Source of the DNA: Methanobacteriota archaeon | GTDB lineage: Archaea; Thermoplasmatota; E2; JACPAO01; JAHWKR01 | NCBI GenBank assembly: GCA_019347805.1 | Contig: JAHWKR010000002.1 | Span: forward strand, 2,137-66,136 | Direction: 5' to 3' | Length of the DNA stretch: 64,000 bases | In this document: piece by piece, positions 9,130 through 21,744 of the stretch | Layout: the number at the start of each line of letters is the position of its first letter | Numbering within the stretch: the stretch's first letter is position 1 | Notes under the pieces: model-generated | Databases searched by the model: none | What the model was told of the DNA's origin: nothing | The model's input: the letters and a program-made list of their open reading frames with translations, nothing else | Translations under genes and position numbers: made by a program

Positions 9130-10485
9130 ATGCGAACGTTCCATGGGATGCACCGACTCCTCCCCGCCTTGCTCTTGCTCATCCTTGTCCCCACCGCGAC
9201 CGCACAAGAGACGGCCGTTCCCGACACCGCCGCCGCCCTCGACCTGGTCTGGGTCTTCGTAGCGGCCACATTGGTCTTCCTGATGCAGGGAGGTTTCGCG
9301 CTCCTCGGCGCCGGGGCGGTCCGGTCGAAGAACACCGTCAACTACCTCATGAAGAGCGTCATGGACTTCTCACTGGGCGCGGTCTTCTTCTTCATGATCG
9401 GGTACGCGTTCATGTTCGGCCAAGGGAACGCCTGGATCGGCTTGGACGGCTTCTTCCTCGGCGGAGGACATCCCGCTCCCGACACGCTCATCTCGTTCCT
9501 CTTCCAGGCCATGTTCGCAGCGACGGCGGCCACCATCGTCGCCGGGGCCGTCGCGGAACGCATGCGGCTACAGGCATACGTCGTCTACACGGTCGCGATC
9601 ACCGCCTTCATCTATCCGGTCTTCGGCCATTGGATGTGGGGCGGCGGGTTCCTCTCCACCTTGCCGTTCGGTGCCGGAGCCGTTGATTTCGCCGGTTCGG
9701 GCGTCGTCCACGCGGTCGGCGGACTGCTGGCCCTCGTGGCGGCCTTCGTCCTCGGCCCGCGCATCGGACGATATGACGAAGACGGTGTGAAACGGTCGAT
9801 GAAAGGCCACAACGCCACCTACGTCGTCCTCGGGACCTTGCTGCTGTTCTTCGGCTGGTTCGGGTTCAACACCGGGTCGACGCTTTCTGCCCACGACGGG
9901 GGACTGGCGCTCATCGCGGTCAACACCTTCTTGGCGGGATGCGCAGGGGCCACCATCGTGTTCATGGTGCAGTTCCTGCGCGGACCGACCGACATCGCGG
10001 CCGTGTGCAACGGCGCGCTCGCCGGGCTCGTCTCCATCACCGCGCCATGCGCGTTCGTCGCACCGTGGGCGGCCCTGGTCATTGGGGCGTCGGGCGGGCT
10101 GCTCTATCTCGTCGCCGTGGCCGTTCTCGAGGACCGCCTTCGTGTCGACGACCCGGTCGGCGCGATCGCGGTCCATGGTGTCGGCGGGGTCTTCGGCCTC
10201 ATCGCGGTCGGGGTCTTCGCCGACGGGACGGGTGGCGTCACGGGTCTGGTAGGTGGTTCCATCTCGCAGCTCGTCGCCCAGTCGATCGCGGCGGCCACCG
10301 TCATCGCCTGGACCTTGGGCACAGGGTGGATCCTCTTCAAGGGACTCGACGTGTTGGTGGGGCTGCGGGTGTCAGAGCAGGAGGAACTGGAGGGCCTCGA
10401 CCCGAGCCATCACGGGTCGTCCGCATATCCCGAACTTGCCGTCATGGCGGCCAGTGCCACCGTGCTGCCGAAGGAGCGCAGATAG
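9130..10485 (+). CDS. amt: Ammonium transporter (Amt family)
   Basis: LMQGGFALL, FQAMFAATAATIVAGAVAER, DFAGSGVVH, GWFGFN, VDDPVGAIAVHG; both pore histidines present. Confidence 0.95.
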   Translation: MRTFHGMHRLLPALLLLILVPTATAQETAVPDTAAALDLVWVFVAATLVFLMQGGFALLGAGAVRSKNTVNYLMKSVMDFSLGAVFFFMIGYAFMFGQGNAWIGLDGFFLGGGHPAPDTLISFLFQAMFAATAATIVAGAVAERMRLQAYVVYTVAITAFIYPVFGHWMWGGGFLSTLPFGAGAVDFAGSGVVHAVGGLLALVAAFVLGPRIGRYDEDGVKRSMKGHNATYVVLGTLLLFFGWFGFNTGSTLSAHDGGLALIAVNTFLAGCAGATIVFMVQFLRGPTDIAAVCNGALAGLVSITAPCAFVAPWAALVIGASGGLLYLVAVAVLEDRLRVDDPVGAIAVHGVGGVFGLIAVGVFADGTGGVTGLVGGSISQLVAQSIAAATVIAWTLGTGWILFKGLDVLVGLRVSEQEELEGLDPSHHGSSAYPELAVMAASATVLPKERR

Positions 10486-10811
10486 ACGACGGCCTCCGAA
10501 CGCGGTGACACGATCAGCGCCGGAAGGACCCACCGGCAAAGCAGACTGAGACCGAGGAGCGGATCACGCAGGGGTCCGGCCCGAGATCTCGGTCAGGCCT
10601 TCGCCAGGAAGTGATCGAGCGGAAGCGGCCCGGCTACCGGGGTCTTTTCCGAGAACGCTTGCAGCGTAGCAGGGGGCCCTTGAGGTGCGGACTACGCAGG
10701 AGTCCGCGCCGAGAGGGCAGCCAGCGAAGCAGGGGGTCCTTGAGGTGCGGACTACGCAGGAGTCCGCGCCGAGAGGGCAGCCAGCGAAGCAGGGGGTCCT
10801 TGAGGTGCGGA

Positions 10812-12098
<1,287 letters not shown>

Positions 12099-12125
12099 GC
12101 GGAGTCAGGCGCGACATAGGGTCCG

Positions 12126-13448
12126 CTATTTAAGCGTCCCGGGGCGGACGAGCGTGGACGCGGCCTCGGGACCATCGGGTCTGCGCATCCGGACCAGCGC
12201 CAAGCCCGCGAGAAGACCAAGGAGGAGAAGTGGAAGGCCGGGTGCGGGAAGGGACCGCGCCTCCTCCGGCATCGGGGGTCGTTCATCAGGGTAGCCGACG
12301 ATGACGGGTTTGTCGCCCGGGTGGGCGTAGGGGCTCAACATGAGTTCGAGCTCCCGGAAGACGCAGCCGTTCGGAGGGACCGGTTGGTCGGGATGTTCAG
12401 GGGCGTCCACCGCGTCGTCGCACGTGATGAGTCGGAGAGGATAGGCGCCGTACGGTGTGTCGCCGACCGCGATGCGGACCTGCACCGCCTGGCTCGTTTT
12501 GTTGTCGCGCAGCTCGAAACGCTCCGGCGAGATCGTGACGGTGGCGTTGTCGGGGACTCCGAACAGGCGCATCGTGTAGTTCCGACCCGGCCAGCCGGGC
12601 CGGATGTCGGTCGTCTCCACGCGCATCGCGTACGTGACGTTGTCGTCGTGGTCGGCGACCTTCTTCGGCCCGTCGTCGCCGACGGCGGCGACCTGGAAGA
12701 ACGGGATGCCGGGGACCGGTGGCGGGATGGAGAGCTGTTCCAGGTCGGCGTTCCAGACGCCGCGGTCGGGTGCGCGGTCGAGGAGGACGTAGGGGGCCTT
12801 GGAGACGTGCGCCCAGGCGCTCGAGGGGGGCGTGCCGAGGCTCCAGGTCTCGGCGCGGATGTGCGAGACGATGCGGGGGAGCGCCTTGGTATGGAGTTCG
12901 TCGGGGGCGATGTCCCAGGCGATCATGATGTGGCCGTCGCCCAGGCGTCCCTCCTCGGTGCGGACGCCGGCGCGGCCGCCGGAGAGCGACGGGTCACCGG
13001 CGACGCCTTCGGTCGTCGAAGGTCCGATGCGGGTGGCGCCGTCGGCGATGCGGTCGCAGAGTCCGCGGACACCGTCGACGCCGACACGGTTCTTCTGCAC
13101 GGTCGCACCGTGCGGGTCCCAGCAGACATGATAGGTCTTGTCGGCGATGTCGAACGCGACGCGATAGACCACCGCGGCGGGGGGCTCGGGGAGGCCGTCG
13201 ACGTGCAGGCGCACGTTCAGGCGGTCGTCGGTCTTGTTGAACTCAAGGAGCCGGATGTCGGCGCCGGACGGATGGACGGTGGGGCCGGGAAGCTCGTCCT
13301 CGACGAGCGGGCGCACGTCCTCCCGGCGGTCGACCCCGACGATGAGGTCGCGACCCGTGGCGTGCGTGTGGCCCTCGTGGGCGGACGCGGCTGGTAGGCC
13401 CTGGAGCAGGAGGACGCCCAGGACGAGGAGCGCGATGGCCGGCCGCAT
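12126..13448 (-). CDS. Secreted surface protein with C-terminal PGF-CTERM-like anchor
   Basis: Signal peptide MRPAIALLVLGVLLLQGLPAASA; C-terminal LPAPGLPLLLLGLLAGLALVRMRR. Confidence 0.65.
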   Translation of the reverse strand: MRPAIALLVLGVLLLQGLPAASAHEGHTHATGRDLIVGVDRREDVRPLVEDELPGPTVHPSGADIRLLEFNKTDDRLNVRLHVDGLPEPPAAVVYRVAFDIADKTYHVCWDPHGATVQKNRVGVDGVRGLCDRIADGATRIGPSTTEGVAGDPSLSGGRAGVRTEEGRLGDGHIMIAWDIAPDELHTKALPRIVSHIRAETWSLGTPPSSAWAHVSKAPYVLLDRAPDRGVWNADLEQLSIPPPVPGIPFFQVAAVGDDGPKKVADHDDNVTYAMRVETTDIRPGWPGRNYTMRLFGVPDNATVTISPERFELRDNKTSQAVQVRIAVGDTPYGAYPLRLITCDDAVDAPEHPDQPVPPNGCVFRELELMLSPYAHPGDKPVIVGYPDERPPMPEEARSLPAPGLPLLLLGLLAGLALVRMRRPDGPEAASTLVRPGTLK

Positions 13449-13520
13449 CGCTCCGAAGGGGGTCTGGGAAGAGATAAGCGCTCTTTCGGGAAACAGTGGT
13501 CGGAAAGCCGTGGCTTTTGG

Positions 13521-14192
13521 TCAGAGCGGTACGCGTGCGACGACGTGGTGCCGCAGGAGGACGGCGCCGTCGAGCCGTGCTTCGACAGAGTCGCCCGGCA
13601 CGAGCGGTCCGACGCCTTCCGGGCTCCCGGTGAGCACCAGGTCACCCGGTTCGAGCGTCATGACGGAGGAAATGTAGGACAGCAGCTCAGGGACGCTCCA
13701 CACCATGTCCCCGGTGCGCGCCGCCTGGCGCGGTTCGCCCGAAACATCCAGTTCGATGGTCGCCGTTCGCGGGTCGACCGCGGTGGCGGGAAGCGGCCGC
13801 GAGACGGGGCAGAACGTGTCGAAGCCCTTCGCCACCGCCCAAGGATGCCCTTTCTGTTTCGCCGCCGTCTGCATCTCGCGTGCGGTCACGTCGATGGCGA
13901 GGCACCAGCCTCCGATGGCGCCCGGTGCCGCTTCGACGGAGGCGCGTGACAAGCGCTTGCCGACGATGACGCCGAGTTCGACCTCGTGATGCACTTCGCC
14001 GGCCTCGGTGGGGATGCGGATGTCGGCTCCATCGGGGATGAGCGCCGATGGCGGTTTGAGGAAGACGACGGGATGCCGCGGCACTTCCGAGCCCATCTCC
14101 TTGGCGTGGAGGGCGTAGTTCTTGCCGACGCAGACGATCTTGGTCGGCCGGTCCTGCGGGTCGAAGGGCCAGCTTCGGGCGGATTCCGCCAT
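13521..14192 (-). CDS. Fumarylacetoacetate hydrolase family protein (FAHD1/YcgM-like)
   Basis: KIVCVGKNYALH, FLKPPS, HHEVEL, DVTARE, AKGFDTF, TLEPGDLVLTGSPEGV. Confidence 0.92.
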   Translation of the reverse strand: MAESARSWPFDPQDRPTKIVCVGKNYALHAKEMGSEVPRHPVVFLKPPSALIPDGADIRIPTEAGEVHHEVELGVIVGKRLSRASVEAAPGAIGGWCLAIDVTAREMQTAAKQKGHPWAVAKGFDTFCPVSRPLPATAVDPRTATIELDVSGEPRQAARTGDMVWSVPELLSYISSVMTLEPGDLVLTGSPEGVGPLVPGDSVEARLDGAVLLRHHVVARVPL

Positions 14193-14320
14193 GCGGCCGC
14201 GAACGGGCCGACCGGGATGACGGTTTCGCCTGGAGCGCCAAGGCGCAAGGTGACGCCCGGCGCCTTTTCAGGTACGGCCGCCGGCAATCTATTTGAGCCG
14301 TGCGCCTTCCCTGTCTCTTG

Positions 14321-15202
14321 ATGGCATGCTTCGCCCGGCCGCTCCCGGCTGTCCTCCTTGTCGCGCTCTTCGCGCTCGCAGGGTGTCTCGACAGCGCCGG
14401 TGACGCGACAGGGATCGTGCCGCCGACGGACGGGGAAGACCCGCCGGTGGAGAACGAGACGAACCTGCCTCCGATCCCGCGTTTGAAGGTCGAGAAAAGC
14501 GATGATGTCCGGCCGGGCGAGGCGGTGGTGTTCGACGCCAACGGCTCGAGTGACCCGGACAACGACACGTTGTCGTTCACGTGGGATTTCGGCGACGGTG
14601 GTCATGGTGAGGGGGAACGGGTGGCGCATGTCTACGACAGGGCCGGGCGGTTCACCGTCGTGCTGCGTGCCGAAGACGGAAGAGGCGGGAACGCCACCTT
14701 GACGACCGAGATCGTCGTCGCGCCGATCCGCACCGGTGTCGTCATGGTCTACAACGAGACGTTCACGGGCCGGGTCGAGATCCCCAATCCCGCCATGGAT
14801 GAACTCGCAGGGCCCTATCCGCTGGTCGGTGGCGCCCGGCTGTCGGATTTCCAGAACCGGTCGCTCGCGGGGCGGGACCATGTCGTCATCGATGTCGATG
14901 ATGTGCCGACCTACGGCATGTCGCTCGCCTTCACCGCGAGTTGGGGCGGTGAGACGGTCGACCATTGGGGCCAAGTACCGGACCTGGACCTCTACGTCTT
15001 CGACAGCGAAGGCCGGTTGCTTCCGGCGGGCTTCTCCGCGGCGACGGGTGTGGAGCCGGAAGTGTTCGTCGTCGACGATGCGGTCAATGTCTCGAGGGGC
15101 TCGTACAAGGCGCTCGTCCTCCTTTACGCTGGCCACGAGGTGCCTTTCACGCTCGGGGTGAGTCTTTTGGCCCGCGCCGAAGTGGTCCCGCCCGAGGCTT
15201 GA
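14321..15202 (+). CDS. PKD-domain lipoprotein
   Basis: Lipobox ALAGC; PKD motif FDANGSSDPD...FTWDFGDG...HVYDRAGRFTVVL. Confidence 0.8.
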   Translation: MACFARPLPAVLLVALFALAGCLDSAGDATGIVPPTDGEDPPVENETNLPPIPRLKVEKSDDVRPGEAVVFDANGSSDPDNDTLSFTWDFGDGGHGEGERVAHVYDRAGRFTVVLRAEDGRGGNATLTTEIVVAPIRTGVVMVYNETFTGRVEIPNPAMDELAGPYPLVGGARLSDFQNRSLAGRDHVVIDVDDVPTYGMSLAFTASWGGETVDHWGQVPDLDLYVFDSEGRLLPAGFSAATGVEPEVFVVDDAVNVSRGSYKALVLLYAGHEVPFTLGVSLLARAEVVPPEA

Positions 15203-15278
15203 CATGGACACCTAGCCGTGCTGGAGCGGCTGGCGTTACCGTCAACCATGAAAAAACGATTCCTCGTTCTCTCTGCCG

Positions 15279-16103
15279 ATGTTCCATGAACATGCGTGGG
15301 GCTGGTTCCTGTCGCTCCCGCTCCTGGCCCAACGCATCTTCGGGGCGCTCCTCATCCTCGCGATCGGCTGGTTCGCCATCCGCATTCTCAAGGGTTGGGC
15401 GGACGCCGCGCTCGTACGCGCACCCCATATCGATGATACCTTGCGTTCTTTTTTCCGCACCCTCATCGGCGCCGGACTCTGGGTGCTCCTCGTCGTCGTG
15501 GTGCTCGGCGTCGCCGGGGTCAACGTCGCCGCACTGGTGGGCGGCCTCGCCATCGGCGGCTTCATCGTCGGTTTCGCGATCAAGGACACTCTGAACAATC
15601 TCGCAGCGGGCGTCATGCTGCTGCTCTATCGGCCCTACAGCGTGGGTGAGGTCGTGGAGATCGCCGGCTCCGGCGGCGGGGTCACGGGCCTCGGACTCGC
15701 CATGACGCGGCTCAAGACCTACGACGGCAAGATCATCACCATCCCGAACGGCGCCATACTCGGGGGTGCCATCATCAACCATACACGCGAGCCGATCCGC
15801 ATGGCCGAGGTCAAGGTCGGCATCTCGTACAACGACGACATCGACACCGCAGTGAAGGCGATCCTCGGAGCGCTCGCCAAGGAACCGCGCGTCCTCAAGG
15901 AACCGATCCCTGAGATCCGCATCACCACGCTCGGCGACAGTTCGGTCGGACTTCAGGTGCGGCCCTGGGTCGCGACGGTCGATATCTGGCGGGCGCAGGC
16001 GGATCTGCACAAGACGGTCAAACTGGCGGTCGAAGCGGCGGGTTGCACCATCCCGTTCCCGCAGCGCGACGTGCATCTGACCCACGAAGCGAAGGACGAA
16101 TGA
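15279..16103 (+). CDS. mscS: Small-conductance mechanosensitive channel
   Basis: GFAIKDTLNNLAAG, RPYSVGE, ITIPNG, IPFPQRDVH. Confidence 0.9.
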   Translation: MFHEHAWGWFLSLPLLAQRIFGALLILAIGWFAIRILKGWADAALVRAPHIDDTLRSFFRTLIGAGLWVLLVVVVLGVAGVNVAALVGGLAIGGFIVGFAIKDTLNNLAAGVMLLLYRPYSVGEVVEIAGSGGGVTGLGLAMTRLKTYDGKIITIPNGAILGGAIINHTREPIRMAEVKVGISYNDDIDTAVKAILGALAKEPRVLKEPIPEIRITTLGDSSVGLQVRPWVATVDIWRAQADLHKTVKLAVEAAGCTIPFPQRDVHLTHEAKDE

Positions 16104-16109
16104 GGACCC

Positions 16110-16955
16110 ATGGCGCTGCACGAGGGATTGAGGGACGGGTTCGAGGCCTGGTCGGCATGGCGTGAGGGCGTCCCGGACCCCGCGCTCGTCGTCTTCGACA
16201 TCGTGGTCATCCTCGTCGTCGGGTCGCTCCTCGTCCGGCTGCTCCGCTTCGCCACGGAACGGCTCATGCCGGTGGCGACCGCCGGCGACAAGACGTTGCG
16301 CACGTTCTTCCTCCACTCCGTCGGCACCGCGGCATGGCTCGTCATCGTCCTCGTCGTCCTCAACCGGCTCGGCATCCAGCTCGCCGCCCTCCTCGGTGGC
16401 GTGGCGATCGGTGGTTTCGTGCTTGGTTTCGCCCTGAAGGACGCGCTCGCCAACCTCGCCGCCGGGTTTCTCCTCCTTGTCAACCGGCCGTTCGGCGTCG
16501 GCGACCACGTGGTCCTGGCCGGCCAGGAAGGACGGGTGCTGCACATCGGGATGGCCCTCACCGCCATCGACACGCTCGACGGCGCCCACCTCACCATCCC
16601 CAACAACCAGGTACTCGGCGCCGCCATCGTCAACCACTCACGGTTCCCCGCACGGCGGATCGCGCTCGATGTCGGCATCCACAGCAGCGACCCGGTGGAT
16701 GAAGCGGTCTCGGGTCTGCTCGAAGCGGCCGGTGGCGTCGACGCGGTCCTCGAGACCCCCGTGCCGCGCGTGGTCGTCCAGGAACTCACCAGTGAAGGCC
16801 CGATCCTCCGACTCTTCGTCTGGGTCAAGAACGCCGACTTCCTCGACGCGCAGAACGACATCCGCCGCGCCGCCAAGCGGGCGCTCGATGCACGGGGATT
16901 GCGCACCAACACGGCGCTCGTCGAGGTGGACGTGAAGGAGCGCCAGGCCGGATGA
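16110..16955 (+). CDS. mscS: Second MscS-family channel
   Basis: GFALKDALANLAAG, RPFGVGD, LTIPNN; starts 6 bp after the first. Confidence 0.88.
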   Translation: MALHEGLRDGFEAWSAWREGVPDPALVVFDIVVILVVGSLLVRLLRFATERLMPVATAGDKTLRTFFLHSVGTAAWLVIVLVVLNRLGIQLAALLGGVAIGGFVLGFALKDALANLAAGFLLLVNRPFGVGDHVVLAGQEGRVLHIGMALTAIDTLDGAHLTIPNNQVLGAAIVNHSRFPARRIALDVGIHSSDPVDEAVSGLLEAAGGVDAVLETPVPRVVVQELTSEGPILRLFVWVKNADFLDAQNDIRRAAKRALDARGLRTNTALVEVDVKERQAG

Positions 16956-16980
16956 TCCGACCGCGGAGCAGACAGGACGT

Positions 16981-18456
16981 CTAGGTCCCGTCGCACCCCA
17001 ACCCGTCGACCCCGAAGAGCACGCCGACGAGCCCTTCGGCCTCTTCGCCGCCGCTCAGGCCACAGGGACTTCCGGCGATGGTGAAGAAGAGAAGCACGCC
17101 AAGGGCGCCGGGGAGCACCCAACGGACGAGCGGGAAGATGTACCACGACAGTTTGAGCCCGACGCCGCTGTCCATGCGCGCCCGGGCGATGCGGGCAGGG
17201 GTGCGCCAGCCGACGAAGAGGGCGATCAACAGTCCGCCGAGGATGACGAGGACGTCGGTGAGGACACCGCCTTCGAGGTCGAGGAGGCGGGTGTCGAGCG
17301 CCACGGGAATGCCGGCGGTGTAGATGATGAGGGTCATGAGCGTCGCGGCGCGGCGGCGGTCGATGCCGAACTCCTCGGAGACATAGGCGATGGCGGGTTC
17401 GATGAGGGAGACGGCGCTCGTGAACGCGGCGAAGAAAGCGGCCGAGAAGAACAACGTCCCGATGACGGGCCCCACGGTGGGACCCATGGCGGCGAAGGCG
17501 CGTGGGAGGGGACCGAAGATGAGGCCGAGTCCGGCTTGTCCGGTGCCGAGGAGTCCGAAGGCGGCAAGGAGCGGGAAGACCATGAAGCCGGCGACGAGGG
17601 CGAACGTGAGTGTCGAAACGGCGACGGTGAGGGCGTTCCCGGCGAGCGATTGACGCTGCGGAAGATACGACGCATAGGTCATCATGGCGCCTTGTCCGAG
17701 GCTGAGGCTGAAGAACGCCTGGCCGACGGCGGCGATGACCACGCCGAGGGTGATGGCGCTCCATTCGGGTTCGAGGTAGAACCGGTAGCCTTCGGCGACG
17801 CCGTCGAGCGTGAGGGCGTATACGGCGAGTCCGATGACGATCAAGAACAGGGTCGGCATCAGCACGAGGTTGAGCCGCTCGATGCCCTTGGAGATCTTCC
17901 CGGTGACGATGGCGAGGGTGAGAAGGAGCACGAGGAAGTGCCAGAACAACGCGTCGCCGCCTTCGGAGGCCTGCAGGAAATAGGTGTCCGGGTCGGAGAA
18001 GTAGGCCCCGGTGGGCGATACGAACGCGTAGCGCAGCACCCAACCGGAGACGCCGGCGTACCAGGAGAGGAAGAAGGCGGCCATACCGACGTAGAGAAGT
18101 CCGGCGTAGCGCCATCGGGTGCGTCGTTCGCCGGTGAGGACGCTGAAGGCGCCGACGGCGTTGCGTTGGGCGGTGCGACCGAGACTGAACTCGGCGACCA
18201 TAAGGGGGACACCGACAAGGAGCATGATGCCGGCGTACAGGAGGACGAAGGCGGCGCCGCCGTTGTTGGCGGCGTTCATGGGGAAGCGGGCGATGCTGCC
18301 GAAGCCCACGGCGCTGCCGACGGCGGAGAGGACGAAGCCCAGCCGGGAGCCCCATTGCACCCGCGCGGCTCCGCCCTCGGACGAAGCGGTGGCGTCGGTG
18401 GGTCCGGTCGACGGGGCCTCGGGAAGCGGGCGTCTGCTCCGCACCTCAGTGGTCAT
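16981..18456 (-). CDS. Sodium-dependent transporter (NSS/SNF, LeuT-like)
   Basis: WGSRLGFVLSAVGSAVGFGSIARFP, NGGAAF, GQAFFSLSLG, MMTYASY. Confidence 0.92.
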   Translation of the reverse strand: MTTEVRSRRPLPEAPSTGPTDATASSEGGAARVQWGSRLGFVLSAVGSAVGFGSIARFPMNAANNGGAAFVLLYAGIMLLVGVPLMVAEFSLGRTAQRNAVGAFSVLTGERRTRWRYAGLLYVGMAAFFLSWYAGVSGWVLRYAFVSPTGAYFSDPDTYFLQASEGGDALFWHFLVLLLTLAIVTGKISKGIERLNLVLMPTLFLIVIGLAVYALTLDGVAEGYRFYLEPEWSAITLGVVIAAVGQAFFSLSLGQGAMMTYASYLPQRQSLAGNALTVAVSTLTFALVAGFMVFPLLAAFGLLGTGQAGLGLIFGPLPRAFAAMGPTVGPVIGTLFFSAAFFAAFTSAVSLIEPAIAYVSEEFGIDRRRAATLMTLIIYTAGIPVALDTRLLDLEGGVLTDVLVILGGLLIALFVGWRTPARIARARMDSGVGLKLSWYIFPLVRWVLPGALGVLLFFTIAGSPCGLSGGEEAEGLVGVLFGVDGLGCDGT

Positions 18457-18737
18457 GGCGCGGCCTCCGGCCGAGCGGTAGCCGGCGACGGGGGCGGTCG
18501 CGCCTTGCGGCGTCGTCGGGTGTGCCGTAGGTAGCGAGGTGGGGAGATGAAGCTATGGGTGCGCGTTGACGTGGAAGGCCGTGCGAAGCGCCTGCGCCCC
18601 GTCTTTTCGCCGCCGCCTGCCCACCGGTCGCTTTCCGGTCGGACACCGCCTTTGCCCCGACCTCTATCGACTTCTTCCGCCGCCGGACACAACTTTTAAG
18701 CCGGCCCCGGACTGGCCGCACTCCAGGAGGCCCACCT

Positions 18738-21008
18738 TTGCCGCAGATCGAATCCACCCCCGAGTTCGTCCAGGAGACCTATCGCAAGATGCGGGAGCGC
18801 CTCGAGGTGGTCCGTGGACGCCTCGGCCGCCCGCTCACGCTCGCCGAGAAGATCCTCTATGGTCACTTGGACGACCCTGCGGGTGCCGACTTGACGCGAG
18901 GCAAGGCCTACCTGATGCTGCGCCCGGACCGGGTGGCGATGCAGGACGCCACCGCCCAGATGGCGGTCCTCCAGTTCATGCAGGCGGGCAAGCCGGAGAC
19001 AGCGGTCCCCTCGACCATCCATTGCGACCACCTCATCCAGGCGCAGGTCGGCGCCGCGGCGGACATGCAGGTGGCCATCGACACGAACCGCGAGGTCTAC
19101 GATTTCCTTGCCTCGGCGGCGAAGAAGTACGGCATGGGCTTCTGGAAGCCGGGCGCGGGCATCATCCACCAGGTCGTCCTCGAGCAGTACGCGTTCCCGG
19201 GCCAGATGATGATCGGGACCGATTCGCACACGCCCAACGCGGGCGGCCTCTGCATGTGGGCCTCCGGTGTCGGTGGCGCGGACGCGGTCGATGTCATGGC
19301 GGGCTTCCCGTGGGAGGTGCTGCACCCGAAGGTCATCGGCGTGAAGCTCACCGGCAAGATGTCGGGCTGGACGACCCCAAAGGACGTCATCCTCAAGCTC
19401 GCCGGCATCCTCACCGTCAAAGGCGGCACCAACGCGGTCGTGGAATATTTCGGTCCTGGTGTGGAATCGATCAGCGCCACGGGCAAGGCGACCATCACCA
19501 ACATGGGTGCCGAGATCGGCGCCACCACCTCCATCTTCCCGCACGACGCGCGCGCGAAGACCTATCTCGAGGCGACCGGACGCGGCGACCTCGTGCCCAT
19601 CATCGAGAAGAACCTGGACCTTGTCACGGCGGACCAAGAGGTCGAGAAGAGTCCCGAGAAGTATTTCGACCAGGTCATCGAGATCGACCTCACGAAGCTC
19701 GAGCCGCACCTCGTCGGTCCCCACACGCCCGACCTCGCGCGCCCCATCTCGGAGGTCAAGAAGGCGGTCGAGACGGAGGACTATCCGGACGACATCAGTG
19801 TCGCCCTCGTCGGATCGTGCACCAACTCGAGCTATGAGGACATCGCCCGGGTCATCGACATCGTCGACCAGGCGGCGGCGCATGGGGTCAAGATGAAGAT
19901 CCCGCTCCTTGTGACGCCCGGCTCGGAACAGGTGCGGCGCACCATCGAACGCGACGGCTTCATCAAGAAACTGGAAGCGGTCGGCGCCACCGTGCTCGCG
20001 AACGCGTGCGGCCCCTGCATCGGCCAGTGGAAGCGGCCGGAACTGAAGGCGGGAGAGCGGAACACGATCGTCACCTCCTTCAACCGCAACTTCCCGAAGC
20101 GCAATGACGGCAACGCCGCCACCTTGGCTTTCATCGGGAGCCCCGAGACGGTGGTCGCGCTGGGTCTTTCCGGCAAGCTCTCGTTCGATTTTCTGAACGA
20201 TGAGGTACGGTCGAACGGCACCTCGTTCAAGCTGCGCGCCCCCGGCCCCGCCCCCGAGGTGCCGCCAGGCGGTTTCGAACGCGACCCCGAAGGCTACCAG
20301 GCCCCGGCGGCGCTCGAGGAGCGCTCAAAGATCGACGTCAAGATCGACCCGAAGAGCGACCGGTTGGCGTTCCTGGAACCGTTCGACCCGTGGGACGGCA
20401 CAGACTACGTCGAGCTGCCGCTGCTTCTCAAGGCGAAAGGCAAGTGCACCACCGACCACATCAGCCCGGCCGGTCCCTGGCTGCGCTTCCGTGGCCACAT
20501 CGACAACATCTCGGACAATATGTTCAACGGCGCGATCAACGCCTTCTCGGACGAGCCGGGCAAGGGCCTCGACCAGGTCTCCGGGGAGCCCTCGGTGGAG
20601 TATTCCCAGATCGCGCGGCGCTACAAGGAGCAGGGTCTCAAGTGGGTCGTCGTCGGCGACGAGAATTATGGCGAGGGCTCCTCGCGGGAGCACGCGGCCA
20701 TGGAGCCGAGGTTCCTGAACGGCGCCGCGGTCATCACCAAGAGCTTCGCGCGCATCCATGAGACGAACCTCAAGAAGCAGGGTCTCCTGCCGCTCACCTT
20801 CGTCGACCCGACGGACTACGACAAGGTCCAGGAGAGCGACAAGGTGAGCATACTCGGCCTCAAGGACCTCGCGCCGCACAAGCCCGTGACCGTCGTGTTC
20901 CACCACAAGGACGGCTCCAAGGACGAGGTCGTCACCAACCACACGTTCAATGGCGAACAGATCAAGTGGTTCCAGGCAGGGAGCGCGCTCAGCACGATCC
21001 GTGCCTAG
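18738..21008 (+). CDS. acnA: Aconitate hydratase (mitochondrial-like type)
   Basis: [70 protein letters not shown]; TTG start with GGAGG SD and TTTTAAG at 18694. Confidence 0.95.
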   Translation: MPQIESTPEFVQETYRKMRERLEVVRGRLGRPLTLAEKILYGHLDDPAGADLTRGKAYLMLRPDRVAMQDATAQMAVLQFMQAGKPETAVPSTIHCDHLIQAQVGAAADMQVAIDTNREVYDFLASAAKKYGMGFWKPGAGIIHQVVLEQYAFPGQMMIGTDSHTPNAGGLCMWASGVGGADAVDVMAGFPWEVLHPKVIGVKLTGKMSGWTTPKDVILKLAGILTVKGGTNAVVEYFGPGVESISATGKATITNMGAEIGATTSIFPHDARAKTYLEATGRGDLVPIIEKNLDLVTADQEVEKSPEKYFDQVIEIDLTKLEPHLVGPHTPDLARPISEVKKAVETEDYPDDISVALVGSCTNSSYEDIARVIDIVDQAAAHGVKMKIPLLVTPGSEQVRRTIERDGFIKKLEAVGATVLANACGPCIGQWKRPELKAGERNTIVTSFNRNFPKRNDGNAATLAFIGSPETVVALGLSGKLSFDFLNDEVRSNGTSFKLRAPGPAPEVPPGGFERDPEGYQAPAALEERSKIDVKIDPKSDRLAFLEPFDPWDGTDYVELPLLLKAKGKCTTDHISPAGPWLRFRGHIDNISDNMFNGAINAFSDEPGKGLDQVSGEPSVEYSQIARRYKEQGLKWVVVGDENYGEGSSREHAAMEPRFLNGAAVITKSFARIHETNLKKQGLLPLTFVDPTDYDKVQESDKVSILGLKDLAPHKPVTVVFHHKDGSKDEVVTNHTFNGEQIKWFQAGSALSTIRA

Positions 21009-21108
21009 GGCAAAGGACCGCGCGGTCGGCCCGTGTCCGCAGGGCCACAGGTCCCCATCCGGTCAGGCCGACCTCCACCATGCTTTAAGATGACGATGAG
21101 GCGAAGGC

Positions 21109-21642
21109 GTGGTCGTGCACGAGTCGCTCGCCTATCCGGTGGCCCTCGTCATGGGGCTCTTCATGGTGTCGTACCTGCCATGGGCCCCGGAGTGCGACCC
21201 GGTGGAGACGGTCTGCGTCTCGGCGGCCGACTGGTCGGGTCTGCTGCGTTTCGTCGGGGCGTGGGAGCCCGGAACGATCGTCGCTGGTCTGCAGGCGACC
21301 GGTCTCGAAGCGGCACCGCATCCGTCGGGGGGCGTGGTGGCGCATGATGGCGAGACGCGGGTCCATCTCTACACGTACGACGGCGAGCCCGGGCAGCAGA
21401 CGGTCATCTTCCTGAGCTATCATCGTGCCGTCCCGTTCGCGGCGCCGATACCAGAGGAGCGGGCAGAACTTGTCCTCGAGGCGACGTTGCGCGAGGCCGA
21501 GATGGAACTGGGGCGGATCCAGGACGCGCTCCTTTCGGCGACCGACTGGAAGCTGCCCGAGGATGAAGCACCGACCTGGTCGATCGTCTCGGACCGGAAG
21601 GGCGGCACAGGTGGATTGCTCCGTGTCGAGGCGTCACACTAG
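21109..21642 (+). CDS. Hypothetical protein with N-terminal TM segment
   Basis: Fills the gap after aconitase; hydrophobic N-terminus; TATA-like CTTTAAG at about 21083. Confidence 0.5.
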   Translation: MVVHESLAYPVALVMGLFMVSYLPWAPECDPVETVCVSAADWSGLLRFVGAWEPGTIVAGLQATGLEAAPHPSGGVVAHDGETRVHLYTYDGEPGQQTVIFLSYHRAVPFAAPIPEERAELVLEATLREAEMELGRIQDALLSATDWKLPEDEAPTWSIVSDRKGGTGGLLRVEASH

Positions 21643-21744
21643 GCGAGGCCGACCATGGTCGGGCGCCGGACGTGGCCGTCCCACTCTATCGAAAAATAGA
21701 GGCCAGGATGAGGGAAAGGGAAGAGTGGAGGGGATTCGTCCGGA

